This document shows positions 27,668 to 40,492 of a stretch of DNA of 64,000 nucleotides, in pieces; position 1 is the first letter of the stretch; each line of letters begins with the position of its first letter. The stretch lies in contig NC_043006.1 of NCBI RefSeq assembly GCF_006345805.1, forward strand, positions 80,290,001-80,354,000, in the 5' to 3' direction. The DNA comes from Octopus sinensis. Taxonomy: Eukaryota. Below the pieces are notes generated by a model. The model worked only from the letters and a program-made list of their open reading frames with translations. It had not been told where the DNA came from and did no database searches. Both the position numbers and the translations under genes were made by a program.

Positions 27668-27988
27668 TCAAAATATATAACAGACTGGAATTGTTAGCCC
27701 GTCTCTTGTAATTTCGATCAATTGTATCTTGTCCTCCCTCTTGTATAGAAATGTGGCTACAATCCAGCCTACCTCTACTTCTGGGGGGGGGGGGGTACAT
27801 TTTGAATTTTTTCCGGGACGTCCCAGATACAAAGGTAAAAATAAAATATTCCCACTTTGCAAGTTCGAGTCGAGTACTCCCTTGCATGCTCCGTTGACTC
27901 GAACCTTGCTTCTATTGTGGCGAATTTATCGCCTCTGATTAGATACCTTTCATAGTCGCACAAAGACACTTTTCGAAGATGCTTTCCT
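27668..27988 (-). pseudogene. Downstream half of an older ORF1 (same gag-like family) interrupted by the array
   Basis: EESIFEKCL..YLIRGDKFATIEARF..GNILFLPLYLG..NVPPEVE..EDKIQLI aligns by eye with array ORF1s (EIEKCL..YVSRGKKFGTVEVR; ENIVLLPLYKG..NIPPE..EEKINIL). Confidence 0.75.
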
Positions 27989-28240
27989 CCATGTTGTTTT
28001 ATTATTACCCACAAGGGGCGAACATAGATGGGACAATACAATCTGATGATGGGGTCAGACAAACGAGTGGGTTTTTACAATAAATCGGATTTAAAAATTT
28101 TCATGAATTACAATAAATGGACAGAAATCGAATGATGGGACAGACCGGAAGACATTACGGGTGGAGTGGGTGCGGGTTTAGCTCGGACCCTACGAGCCCC
28201 GCCTCCCCACTGATACTTTTGGTTGCGCTTGGTATTACAT

Positions 28241-31200
28241 TTATGTTGTATCTTTCACTCGCAACTTTCGTGCTACATCCTTCCATCGTTCTTCATACAC
28301 TCTCCTAGTCAGGCATATTCTCTCCAGCCCTATCTTCCTTTTCAGGTGAAAGATGAAATAATTCATCAAACCAGGGCCGGAGATGAACTTGCCTGACTGT
28401 AAACCTTTCATTCTCGTCTTCCATATCACCTCTTTCGCAATTGCTACTACAACGAGAAAACGAAACTTACCTTCATTCACGAGGAAATCCGGTGGGTCAA
28501 TTTTTGTAATCGACTCAGTCGACAGCTGTACTCTTCGTGTACCTGACAACAGGTGTTCGGCATAAACCCACACCTCAGACACGTCCGGACAATGAACAAT
28601 AGCGTGCGGGACGGTTTCCCTATCCCGCCCGCATCTTGGACATATCGGACTGTCTTGGCCACCGTGCCTTGCGAGTTTATCCCGAACAGGTAGAGCTCCT
28701 CTGTAGCATTGCCATGCCAGAGACTTCTGGAAGTTGTCCAGTGTCCTCGGCTCGAACGTACGTCGGAACAGACTGGCCAGCTGATTATCGTCGAGACCTA
28801 GGGTTTCCCCCAAGGTATCTTCACATTCCGCCTCTACCAACCCTCTATAGAAGAATGTGGTGGAACCCCCACCGCAGGCGTTGCCCGAGCGACGGAATAG
28901 CAGGAGAGCCTTGCGACACTCCGTGTACCAAGTACCAAGTTTCGATCTACGATTCAGCCAGGTTTCCCATCCACCGAAACTAGTGAACTTGGGAAACATC
29001 AGTTTTGCTAGCGAAGACCACACCCGTTCACCATCCAGGTAGAGCCACAGATGTCTTAACCTCAGCGCATGTCTGCGCATCATCAGCCAAGGCATCCCTA
29101 GCCCACCCTTTAACGGTTGTTGACAGCAAGTAGAGCGTTTCACAAGTGGTTTCCCGCCCTTCCACAAGAAGTAGAAGAGCTGTCTTTCCAACTTGATCAA
29201 CCACGAATCAGGGCAAGGAACGACGGAAAGGCGGTAGGTGATAACCGATGCGATAAACACATTGGCCACCTCCGCCCTCCCTTTCAGGGATAGCCACCGC
29301 CAAGACCAGGTCTTGGCTACTGCAGCCACCTTGCTCGTTACCTCGCCCCAATTCTTCTCTATTTGGAGGTCTGGACCGAACCAGACCCCTAGCAGTTTAA
29401 TCGGACCCTCCGTCCAACGTCCCACGACGCTGTCAGGAGGCATCGACTTGCCTCTCCAGGTGCCGAGTTGCAAGCCGACTGACTTTTCGCGATTAACTTT
29501 TGCTCCTGTCACCGTCTCGTAAACCTCTATGGCCTTGCCTACTTTACATAGGTGGTCCATTTCGGTTACGATGATGGTGATGTCATCCGCGTACGCTGAC
29601 ACTGATTTTCCATTACCTGGCTGTCTCGGGATGCCGCTCAGTTTTCGCAGTAATGGCTCAAGAGCCATCACGTACAAAAGCGGGGAGAGCGGACACCCTT
29701 GACGAACCGAGCGTTTGATTTTGAACGGCTTCGACAAGAAGCCGTTCACCCGAACTACCGAGTCGATGTTATCATAAATTTGGATAATCCACCTGAGGAA
29801 GCCAAGGCTCAGCCCGAACTGTGCCAGGGCAGATACCAGGTAACGATGGTCGACCCTATCAAAAGCTTTAGATTGGTCTAATTGGACCAGTGCCCCACCC
29901 TTGCCAGAATCACTATTAAACCCCTCTATAGTGTACCGCATTAGATGGAGATTATCCTGAATGGATCTGCCCGGAACGGCACATGTCTGTGCCTCTCCGA
30001 TCAGACCATCCGCGACACGCGCCAATCTTTTCGATAACACTTTGGCCAAAATCTTCAACTCTGTGTTTAGCAGAGTGATGGGCCTGAAATTATCAATGCA
30101 CTCCCCCTTGCTCGGGTCCTTTCTGACGAGAGTCACTACTCCCGGCGCACAGATCTGGGTATAAGCCCGTTCTGCTGCCAGTTCGCATAGACCTCCGCCA
30201 GTAGGTGCCCGAACAAGTCTGGCATACTCTTATATAACTCATAGGGTAGACCATCCAAACCCGGCGCCTTGCCCGCGCGCAGTCCGCCATTGCCTCAACC
30301 ACCTCCTCAGGCGTGATTGGCCCTTCACAGCCCTCCGCATCTCGCCCCGATAAGCGCGGCAGCCCGTCGAGTAGGTCCGTAAAGGCCCTCCTCCTATCCA
30401 GTCCGCCGCACTCACCGAAAAGCTGAGCGAAGTGCTCCTGAAAGGCCTCACACATCTCCTCGGGTTCGTTTATCAACTCACCTTGTTGGTTCGTCAAAGA
30501 TCGAATCGTGGCATCGTTACCATGCCGAGCTTCCACCACTCGGGCCCATCTCACGGCGTTGATTCCTTCACATCCCATATGGCGGATTCTAGCCCTGACA
30601 ATGCAGCCCATGTGTTTGGCCTCGAGGTGCTGGTTTAACACCAGTCTCTTGGACGCCACCTGAGCCGCAGAGCCAGTTTTCATGGCTTCCTCTAATTCCT
30701 TAACTAGAGTAGTTTCCCTTCTAGCCTCTCTAGCCACTACTCCTATGCTATATCTAATAGACTCAAACTTGATGGCTCGTTTGAGGGCGTACCACCATTT
30801 GTTATTAATGATGGTACCAGATAGTGCCCTCTGAATTATATTCCTAATCCGGTCTTTGTACTCCTTAATCGCCAAAAGGGACGTATTAAGTTTCCAGTAC
30901 CCGGATCCTCTATTTTTAACCTTATCTATGTCAAGCTTACAAGTGACCATTTTATGATCACTGTAGCTGATCGGGTAAAACTGTGGACACTTAGCTATTT
31001 TACTGTCTACTTTTCTAATTAGTATTCTATCTAAATATGACCTGGAAGATCCGTCGCTGTTTGACCATGTCCACAATGGAGCGTTCGGAAATTCCAGCCT
31101 ATAAGGATCTGCTAGCTCAAAGCGGCTTAGCAGTTCCATGAAGCCACTGTTGCCTTTTCTATCTGGACACGAGCCAACATAATCTACATCCGCTTTGCAA

Positions 31201-31634
31201 ATTGTGTTAAAGTCTCCTAGCACCACTAATGAATGCGAAGTACCAAGAAAGTTTTCTAGTTCACGAAAATAATCACTTTGCCCTGTATGGTTGGGTGCGT
31301 AAATTGCAACCAGTCTGATAACTTTACCATTACTGAACGTCAAATCCATGACGACCAGCCTACCTTCTGGATCTGCAAAAATTAACTTTTTCTCAGAAAC
31401 CCGGTTTCTTTTTAATAGGACCAACACCCCACTCCCGCCTGTAGGACTGCCAGGAGAGAAAAAACTCTCGTAGCCGTCAAACAGCGGGAGTAGACCTCTT
31501 GGCCCCTCTAACCGGGTTTCTGTAGCAACAATAACATCTAAATTACGCGACCTGATATCATGCAGGAAGCGACCTTGCTTCCAGCCTGCTCCCAGGCCGC
31601 GCACATTCAAACAACCAACATAAATGTAATCCAT
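28241..31634 (-). CDS. ORF2: APE endonuclease + reverse transcriptase + C-terminal zinc-binding region (~1130 aa if two 1-nt G-run deletions are corrected)
   Basis: ORF track 30093-31634 (CLNVRG, ATETRL, AIYAP, LGDFN, SYLDRI, SDHKMV) and 28241-30136 (RPITLLN, DQSKAFDRVDH, QGCPLSP, AYADDI); frame breaks at ~30272 and ~30142. Confidence 0.9.
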
Positions 31635-31659
31635 TACTTACCTTATATCAGTGGTTCGG

Positions 31660-33058
31660 TTTTCTCTTGTTCTTCTAACTCTTTTTCTGGGCCTCGTGGG
31701 GGAGTCTGACGTAGGCCCTCGAATATATGTGGAGATGTCACATCCAATCTAAGTGGGCCTACGTCATGGAAGAATTCTGACTTTATCCGCCCGTAATCCT
31801 TCCGGCCTATTCTGTAAATTACAAAGTCGTTTTTTTCACTACTTTCTCCACTTTGGCCATGGCTGCCAACACGTTTCCGAGTCTGCTATTTGCTGCCTTT
31901 ACGGCCATATACGAGTTCATTGACTCTTTTTTCTTTTTTAAAATTACTCTGGGAGGGGTGGTTTCCGTTTTTCTTTTTTTTTTTTCCGGTAATTTTTGCC
32001 CACCCCTCCTCATTTATCTTTTCCTCGCTCTTTTTTTCCTCCGCCGCTGGTTCTGCTGTCACCGTCACCTCCACACCTTCAGTCTTCCCTTCTGGGCCGT
32101 CCGACGCTGCTTCTGGTGACACATTATCTTCTTTTTCTTTTGGCTTAGGTGCTTCCTGCGGTTTGGGTTGGGGTTGGCATTCCGCCCTTACATGACCCTT
32201 CTTGCCGCAGCCGAAGCACCTCGGCTTCCTGCCCTCCACGAAAACTGTTATTTTCTCGTCTTCACTAATCTTTACCGTTTCTGGAATTTCTTCCAGTGTT
32301 TGCACCTCCGCCTGAATGGCTATCACTATTTTCTGCCCTTTCCAGAACTCCTCTTCCTCCACTGTGGCCTGGAGGATGTTTATTTTTTCCTCCAGACCTA
32401 CCATCACTGCTGCCACCAGACATTCAGCATCTGCCTCTGGCGGTATGTTGTTCATTGAAATTTTCGACGTCCTTTTTCCTTTATACAATGGTAGTAAGAC
32501 AATGTTTTCCGCTTTGATTGGCTCCATCGATATTTTCTTCGCTATCTCCTCCGTAGTAAAACGCACCTCCACTGTGCCGTATCTTTTTCCTCTGTTTATA
32601 TACGTTATTTTATCCATAAAAGTTTTAGACAAGACTCTATTTTTTTTTTTTCGATTTTTGGATCATTTTTTTCGTTGTGTCGTAAGTTTTATATATTATT
32701 CTTTTTTTTTCTATATCGTCATGTATTTGTATGTTGTGGCCACAGTCACTTCTGTGCCTTCTTTTTTTACACAGTCTGCAAATTTTTAAAAATTTTCTAT
32801 ATTTATTTTTTTGATCTTTTTCCCAGCCACTTCAGCGAATTTTTTTGCTGGAGTTGATGCTGGTACTGGTTTTTCCATTTTCTTGGGCGACGCCGCCTCT
32901 TTTTTCTTCGGCGACAACGCTTCTTTTTTTCTTGGCGACAACGCCTCTTTTTTACTTGGCGACAACGCCGGGTATTCATCCTCGTTCGTCACGGGCGAAT
33001 AAGAGATGGGGGACTCCATCTTGAACAAATGGCTATAACAAGCCTTTGGAAATTCCAA
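31660..33058 (-). CDS. ORF1 gag-like protein with CCHC zinc knuckle (frameshifts in A-runs)
   Basis: 31886-32632 contains VEGRKPRCFGCGKKGHVRAEC (CX2CX4HX4C); the N-terminal part is in 32786-33058 and neighbouring frames; the C-terminal end is approximate. Confidence 0.8.
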
Positions 33059-33244
33059 ATTAATTGTAGTTTTCCCCCACTGAGGGGGAACACCAACGCG
33101 AAGTCCTCGCGCGAAGGCTGACTTTGACAGTTAGACAGTAATGTACACAACGGTAGACAAACAGTATATAAAAACAGAGATAATACGACGAGAGCAAAAT
33201 ATATAACTTACTAATAAACGCAAAAATAGCTTGGAGCCATGTGA

Positions 33245-35000
33245 TTTTATTATTACCCACAAGGGGCGAACATAGAGGGGACAATACAATCGGGGAACTT
33301 AAAATAAGAAAGCGAATGACAAGAAAAGGAAAAAATAAAAGTAAAAAATGACATATGAAAGAATATTTACAATGAGATGTAAATGCCCATCGATCCCGGA
33401 ATCGAGAGGTTACATTTTCGTCACATATATTTCACAATATTTTTTTTCTCTTCTTTCTTCTCTCTCTTCTCACAATTCTATACATATTCCATGATAGCTT
33501 TCAATTCTCTAAAGTCCATCACTGAGCCCTCAGGCAGCCGCTCTCTCACTCGAACACTCGTGTAAAACGTTACACTCTCTCCGGCAGCTCTGAGGAACTC
33601 AGCGACTCTTTCTTCGGGGATTAGAGCAGTCTCCTGTTGACCCATATATGTCCCTCCGTATTACATGTCAATTCTTTCATTTCAGGGCAGAAATGGAAGG
33701 TTACTAACTTGTAGAAGCAGTAATCTTGTTTCCGTCCTACGTTTTCCTTCATTTTTCTTTTCGGGCTTATTTCTTCCTTGTTCTCCTCTCTTTGTTTCTC
33801 TCTTTCTCTCTTTTTGCCTTCTTTTCTTTCTCCTCTCTTCTCTTGTCTTTTTGGTTCTTTGTCTGTTCTCTCTTTCTCTCGTGTTTTATGTTCCTTTTCT
33901 TTTTCTTTTTGTGTGCCGTCTTTTCTTTTCGTTTGATTCTGATCTCTCTCTTGTTTTTTTCCTGTTGTTTCTTTTTCCTTTTTTTTTTCCTGACTCTGTT
34001 TTGGTTCTATTTCTTTCTTTTCTTTTATTTCTTTTTCCTTCATTGACTTATTATTTCCTTTCTCTTGTTGTTTTGTTTCCTTTTCTATGTTTTCTTTTTC
34101 ATTTACCGTATTCTTCTTTTCTTCAAGTTCCTGCTCGCACTCCGCTACGAATTCGTATAACGGGCACTCTTTTTTAATGTGCCCCCTTGTCCCGCACAAG
34201 TAACAGTTTGGTTTTCTTCCCTCTACAATTACACTGAGGGTTTTTTCATCTTCAATTTCTATTCTGTAGGGGAACCTTTCAATGTCCTCTTTTGTGGCCA
34301 TCAAACACAGTTCTACCCCATATCCTCTCCAGTTTACCGCGTTGGACTCCTTAAAGGATTCCACCTCCACTTCCTCTTCTTCTGCTGCTCCTAGAATAGC
34401 TGTTGCCAGCCATTCTGTTTTCACTTCTGGGGGTATATTCGGGATTTTAACCCGGACCCCTCTTCTTCCCTTGTATGAGGGCCACATTATAAATTTTTCG
34501 GCTCTTAGTACAGTGGTAGCCAGTGAGGCTGCAATTTCTTCCGTTGCACATCTCACCTCCACCGTACCAAATTTCTTGCCTCTACTCACGTAGGTTGATT
34601 TCCCCATTATGTCTCCCAGACATTTTTCGATTTCGGCTATCTCCACTCTTGCCAGTTTCTTCGTATTTTTGTCTTGGGTTCTATATGTCACTGTCTTGTT
34701 TTCTTTGTCCTCTTTTGCTTTCGCGGGGGGGATTAGCTTCACGCTATCACCCTCCCTTTTGAAGAGCTTTTCATATTCTTTGAGTTTACTCTTCTCAAAG
34801 AAAACATCCTTCACAATTATCGACGAATCATTATTTTTTTTTCCCGTGACCCCCGCGTAAGTCGCCATGACTAGAGGGTCTATTCACCTTCTTCGGAACG
34901 TTTCCACACGTGGAGGCAAACGCCTCGCGCGATAATAATCAATTTACACAGAACAAAGTTTCACTGTCTAGTCACAGATAACAACACGTATAGCTTGGAG
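33245..35000 (-). mobile_element. ORF1-only non-autonomous retroelement, unit B1
   Basis: 5' CTCCAAGCTAT, single ORF, no ORF2, 3' tail shared with the autonomous LINE. Confidence 0.9.
33621..34868 (-). CDS. ORF1/gag-like protein, 415 aa (about 469 aa without the 19-bp deletion near the C-terminus)
   Basis: MATYAGV start, KPNCYLCGTRGHIKKEC knuckle, long K/E-rich tract, C-terminal domain truncated compared with units B2/B3. Confidence 0.85.
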   Translation of the reverse strand: MATYAGVTGKKNNDSSIIVKDVFFEKSKLKEYEKLFKREGDSVKLIPPAKAKEDKENKTVTYRTQDKNTKKLARVEIAEIEKCLGDIMGKSTYVSRGKKFGTVEVRCATEEIAASLATTVLRAEKFIMWPSYKGRRGVRVKIPNIPPEVKTEWLATAILGAAEEEEVEVESFKESNAVNWRGYGVELCLMATKEDIERFPYRIEIEDEKTLSVIVEGRKPNCYLCGTRGHIKKECPLYEFVAECEQELEEKKNTVNEKENIEKETKQQEKGNNKSMKEKEIKEKKEIEPKQSQEKKKEKETTGKKQERDQNQTKRKDGTQKEKEKEHKTREKERTDKEPKRQEKRGERKEGKKREREKQREENKEEISPKRKMKENVGRKQDYCFYKLVTFHFCPEMKELTCNTEGHIWVNRRLL

Positions 35001-35008
35001 CCATGTGA

Positions 35009-36781
35009 TTTTATTATTACCCACAAGGGGCGAACATAGAGGGGACAATACAATCGGGGAACTTAAAATAAGAAAGCGAATGACAAGAAAAGGAAAAAAT
35101 AAAAGTAAAAAATGACATATGAAAGAATATTTACAATGAGATGTAAATGCCCACTCGATCCCCGGAATCGAGAGGTTACATTTTCGTCACATATATTTCA
35201 CAATATTTTCTTTTTTCTCTTCTTTCTTCTCTCTCTTCTCACAATTCTATACATATTCCATGATAGCTTTCAATTCTCTAAAGTCCATCACTGAGCCCTC
35301 AGGCAGCCGCTCTCTCACTCGAACACTCGTGTAAAACGTTACACTCTCTCCGGCAGCTCTGAGGAACTCAGCGACTCTTTCTTCGGGGATTAGAGCAGTC
35401 TCCTGCCACTGATCGGTCATCCTGTTGACCCATATATGTCCCTCCGTATTACATGTCAATTCTTTCATTTCAGGGCAGAAATGGAAGGTTACTAACTTGT
35501 AGAAGCAGTAATCTTGTTTCCGTCCTACGTTTTCCTTCCTTTTTTCTTTTCGGGCTTATTTCTTCCTTGTTCTCCTCTCTTTGTTTCTCTCTTTCTCTCT
35601 TTTTGCCTTCTTTTCTTTCTCCTCTTTCTCTTGTCTTTTTGGTTCTTTGTCTGTTCTCTCTTTTTCTCGTGTTTTATGTTCCTTTTCTTTTTCTTTTTGT
35701 GTGCCGTCTTTTCTTTTCGTTTGATTCTGATCTCTCTCTTGTTTTTTTCCTGTTGTTTCTTTTTCCTTTTTTTTTTCTGACTCTGTTTTGGTTCTATTTC
35801 TTTCTTTTCTTTTATTTCTTTTTCCTTCATTGACTTATTATTTCCTTTCTCTTGTTGTTTTGTTTCCTTTTCTATGTTTTCTTTTTCATTTACCGTATTC
35901 TTCTTTTCTTCAAGTTCCTGCTCGCACTCCGCTACGAATTCGTATAACGGGCACTCTTTTTTAATGTGCCCCCTTGTCCCGCACAAGTAGCAGTTTGGCT
36001 TTCTTCCCTCTACAATTACACTGAGGGTTTTCTCATCTTCAATTTCTATTCTGTAGGGGAACCTTTCAATGTCCTCTTTTGTGGCCATCAAACACAGTTC
36101 TACCCCATATCCTCTCCAGTTTACCGCGTTGGACTCCTTAAAGGATTCCACCTCCACTTCCTCTTCTGCTGCTCCTAGAATAGCTGTTGCCAGCCATTCT
36201 GTTTTCACTTCTGGGGGTATATTCGGGATTTTAACCCGGACCCCTCTTCTTCCCTTGTATGAGGGCCACATTATAAATGTTTCCGCTCTTAGTACAGTGG
36301 TAGCCAGTGAGGCTGCAATTTCTTCCGTTGCACATCTCACCTCCACCGTACCAAATTTCTTGCCTCTACTCACGTAGGTCGATTTCCCATTATGTCTCCC
36401 AGACATTTTTCGATTTCTGCTATCTCCACTCTTGCCAGTTTCTTTGTATTTTTGTCTTGGGTTCTATATGTTACAGTCTTGTTTTCTTTGTCCTCTTTTG
36501 CTTTCGCGGGGGGGATTAGCTTCACGCTATCACCCTCCCTTTTGAATAGCTTTTCATATTCTTTGAGTTTACTCTTCTCAAAGAAAACATCCTTCACGAT
36601 TATCGAGAAATCATTATTTTTCTTTCCCGTGACCCCCGCGTAAGTCGCCATGACTAGAGGGTCAATTCACCTTCTTCGGAAGGTTTCCACACGTAGAGGC
36701 AAACGCCTCGCGCGATATTAATCACTTTACACAACAAATTTTCAACGTCTAATCACAGATAACAATACGTATAGCTTGGAG
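35009..36781 (-). mobile_element. ORF1-only unit B2
   Basis: Near-identical to B1; ORF split by single-base indels (36370-36651, 35525-36406, 35247-35468). Confidence 0.9.
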
Positions 36782-36789
36782 CCATGTGA

Positions 36790-38568
36790 TTTTATTACTA
36801 CCCACAAGGGGCGAACATAGATGGGACAGTACAGTCGGGGAACTTAAAATAAGAAAGCGAATGACAAGAAAAGGAAAAAATAAAAGTAAAAAATGACATA
36901 TGAAAGAATATTTACAATGAGATGTAAATGCCCACTCGATCCCCGGGATCGAGAGGTTACATTTTCGTCACATATATTTCACAATATTTTCTTTTTTCTC
37001 TTCTTCTTTCTTCTCTCTCTTCTCACAATCTATACGTATTCCATAATAGTTTTCAATTCTCTAAAGTCATCACTGAGCCCTCAGGCAGCCGCTCTCTCAC
37101 TCGAACACTCGTGTAAAACGTTACACTCTCTCCGGCAGCTCTGAGGAACTCAGCGACTCTTTCTTCGGGGATTAGAGCAGTCTCCTGCCACTGATCGGTC
37201 ATCCTGTTGACCCATATATGTCCCTCCGTATTACATGTCAATTCTTTCATTTCAGGGCAGAAATGGAAGGTTATTAACTTGTAGAAGCAGTATTCTTGTT
37301 TCCGTCCTACGTTTCCCTCGTTTTTCTTTTCGGGCTTATTTCTTCCTTGTTCTCCTCTCTTTGTTTCTCTCTTTCTCTCTTTTTGCCTTCTTTTCTTTCT
37401 TCTTCCTTCTCTTGTCTTTTTGGTTCTTTGTCTGTTCTCTCTTTCTCTCTGTTTTTATGTTCATTTTCTTTTTCTTTTTGTGTGCCGTCTTTTTCTTTTC
37501 GTTTGATTCTGATCTCTCTCTTGTTTTTTTCCTGTTGTTTCTTTTTCCTTTTTTTTTTTCTGACTCTGTTTTGGTTCTATTTCTTTCTTTTCTTTTATTT
37601 CTTTTTCCTTCATTGACTTATTATTTCCTTTCTCTTGTTGTTTTGTTTCCTTTTCTATGTTTTCTTTTTCATTTACCGTATTCTTCTTTTCTCTTCAAGT
37701 TCCTGCTCGCACTCCGCTACGAATTCGTATAACGGGCACTCTTTTTTAATGTGCCCCCTTGTCCCGCACAAGTAGCAGTTTGGCTTTCTTCCCTCTACAA
37801 TTACACTGAGGGTTTTCTCATCTTCAATTTCTATTCTGTAGGGGAACCTTTCAATGTCCTCTTTTGTGGCCATCAAACACAGTTCTACCCCATATCCTCT
37901 CCAGTTTACCGCGTTGGACTCCTTAAAGGATTCCACCTCCACTTCCTCTTCTGCTGCTCCTAGAATAGCTGTTGCCAGCCATTCTGTTTTCACTTCTGGG
38001 GGTATATTCGGGATTTTAACCCGGACCCCTCTTCTTCCCTTGTATGAGGGCCACATTATAAATGTTTCCGCTCTTAGTACAGTGGTAGCCAGTGAGGCTG
38101 CAATTTCTTCCGTTGCACATCTCACCTCCACCGTACCAAATTTCTTGCCTCTACTCACGTAGGTCGATTTCCCCATTATGTCTCCCAGACATTTTTCGAT
38201 TTCTGCTATCTCCACTCTTGCCAGTTTCTTTGTATTTTGTCTTGGGTTCTATATGTTACAGTCTGTTTTTTTCTTTGTCCTCTTTTGCTTTCGCGGGGGG
38301 GATTAGCTTCACGCTATCACCCTCCCTTTTGAATAGCTTTTCATATTCTTTGAGTTTACTCTTCTCAAAGAAAACATCCTTCACGATTATCGAGAAATCA
38401 TTATTTTTCTTTCCCGTGACCCCCGCGTAAGTCGCCATGACTAGAGGGTCAATTCACCTTCTTCGGAAGGTTTCCACACGTAGAGGCAAACGCCTCGCGC
38501 GATATTAATCACTTTACACAACAAAATTTCAACGTCTAATCACAGATAACAACACGTATAGCTTGGAG
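36790..38568 (-). mobile_element. ORF1-only unit B3
   Basis: Near-identical to B1/B2; ORF pieces 38256-38438, 37673-38215, 37053-37250. Confidence 0.9.
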
Positions 38569-38572
38569 CCTA

Positions 38573-40484
38573 TTTTATTATTACCCACTAGGGGCTACAT
38601 AGATGGGACAATACAATCGGGAATGAATAATGAATTATGAAGTTTGTACAATGTGGTGTAATGCCCACTCGATCCCCGAAATCGAGCGGTTACATTTTCG
38701 TCATTTGTTTTTATTCGTCAACATATTTTCCAAATAAAACATTTTTACATTTTCAACATACATTTCAAAAGTTTTACAAAGTTCAACATTTCTTTTTTTT
38801 TTTTTTTCAGAATTTAAAGTTCTTTTTATCATTTCCAAATTAAGTTTTCACAATACCTTTTCTTTTATATATACTCCATTATGTCTACCAAATCTGAGTA
38901 AACTTCCATTGTTCGAGGCCACCTTGTAAGTCGGCATTTCATATGTTTTGACACGTTCTCGCCAGCTGCCTCGATGAACGCCTCGGCGTCGTTCTCGTGG
39001 ACGAGTGCACCTGTTTCTTTCCATTCGGTGCCCATCCTGACCCACGTATATCCGTTTGTTACGCTTATTAAATCTTCCATCTCCTCACAGTTCCTGTGAT
39101 GGATCAACGTTCCATAGTATTTGAATTTTCTATTCGTACCTACGTTTTCTCTAGTTTTTTCTTAGGACTTACTTCCTCTTTTTTCTCCTCCCTCGTTTCT
39201 CTCTTTCTCTCTTTTTGCTTTCTCTTCTTTTTTTTCCTTCTCTTGTCTTTTTGGCTCTTTGTCTGCCGTCTCTCTACCCTGTGCCTTAAGTTCCATTCCT
39301 GTTGTTTCTTTCCTTTTTGCATACCATCTTTTCCTTTCTCTTGGTTCTGTTCCTTCTCTTGTTCTTTTTCTACTTTTTCTCTTCCCTTTAATGTACTTTC
39401 CTTTCTTTTCTCTTCTTCTGCCTTGGCTCCTTCTCCACTACTTCTGCACCCTGTGAATTTGCTCCTTTTCTACTATCTTCTTCCCTTTGTTTTCATTTTC
39501 CTTCAGTGCGCTGTTACTTCCCTTCTCTTGTTGTTTCTCCGTTATTTCCTTTTCCTTGTTTTCGCTGTTCTTTCCTTCATGTTCGTTTTCCTTCTCTCCA
39601 CTTTGTGTCTCTTTTTGCTCCGCTGTAAATTCATACAGCGGACATTCCGTTTTTATGTGCCCTCTTGATCCGCACAGGTAGCAATTCGGTTTTCTGCCTT
39701 CCACTATTACACTAATTGTCTTCTCGTTTTCTATTTCTATTTGGAAGGGAAATCTTTCGATGTCTTCCATTGTGGCCATTAGCCACAACTCTACTCCGAA
39801 TCCCTTCCAATTTACAACGTTCGTCTCCTTAATTGACCCTATTTCTACTTCCTCTTTTGCTGCCCCAATAATGGCTGTTACCAGCATTTCTGTTTTAATA
39901 TTTGGGGGCACCTTTGGGACTCTTACCCGTACCCCTCGTCTTCCTTTATACGTCGGCCACATGGTGAAATTTTCCGCTTTCAGGACATTGGAAGCCAATG
40001 AGGCCGCCACTTCCTTTGTTGCGCATCTCACCTCCACCGTACATATTTCTTTCCTCTGTCTACAAAAGTCGCTTTTTTCATGATGTCTCCCAGACATTTC
40101 TCTATTTCTTCAATCGTCACTCTCACCAGTTTTCTCGTGTTTCTATCTTGCGTTCTATACGTTATCGTCTTGTTAATTTTTTCTTCTATTGTTTTCACAG
40201 GCGGGACCAGCTTCACGCTGTCACCCTCCCTTTTGACGAACTTCTCGTATTCCTTCAATTGTTCTTTTCTAAAGAACACTTCTCTTATTCTAAGAGACTC
40301 GTCACTTTTTGTTGTGGCGACCCCCGCGTAAGTCTCCATGACTTGAGGGTCGACACACCTTCTATAAAAGGTTCAAACACGTAGCGGCAAACGCCTCGCG
40401 CGATTCAATTTTTTGACAACTTTTAACAGTCTTTTTTCAATTTTCACATATAAATAACTCACAACACACGTATATAACTTGGAG
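38573..40484 (-). mobile_element. ORF1-only unit A2 (second subfamily)
   Basis: METYAGV start at 40339; pieces 39438-40097 and 38865-39107; same 5' motif and 3' tail; different UTR body from B. Confidence 0.9.
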
Positions 40485-40492
40485 CCATGTTG

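Larger units (their letters stand above)
27997..33236 (-). mobile_element. Full-length autonomous Tx1/L1-like LINE (ORF1 + ORF2), 5.24 kb
   Basis: 5' end CTCCAAGCTA, two ORFs, 3' tail ...gccccttgtgggtaataataaaa. Confidence 0.92.

Noticed and set aside
33226-33244. Junction TTGGAGC as a U2 snRNA target (Keno/Utopia-like) or GGCTCCA-AGCT as a tRNA-Thr 5' end
   Set aside because: Matches are only 7-10 nt and no snRNA or tRNA body follows; the flanks are an ORF1 remnant instead.
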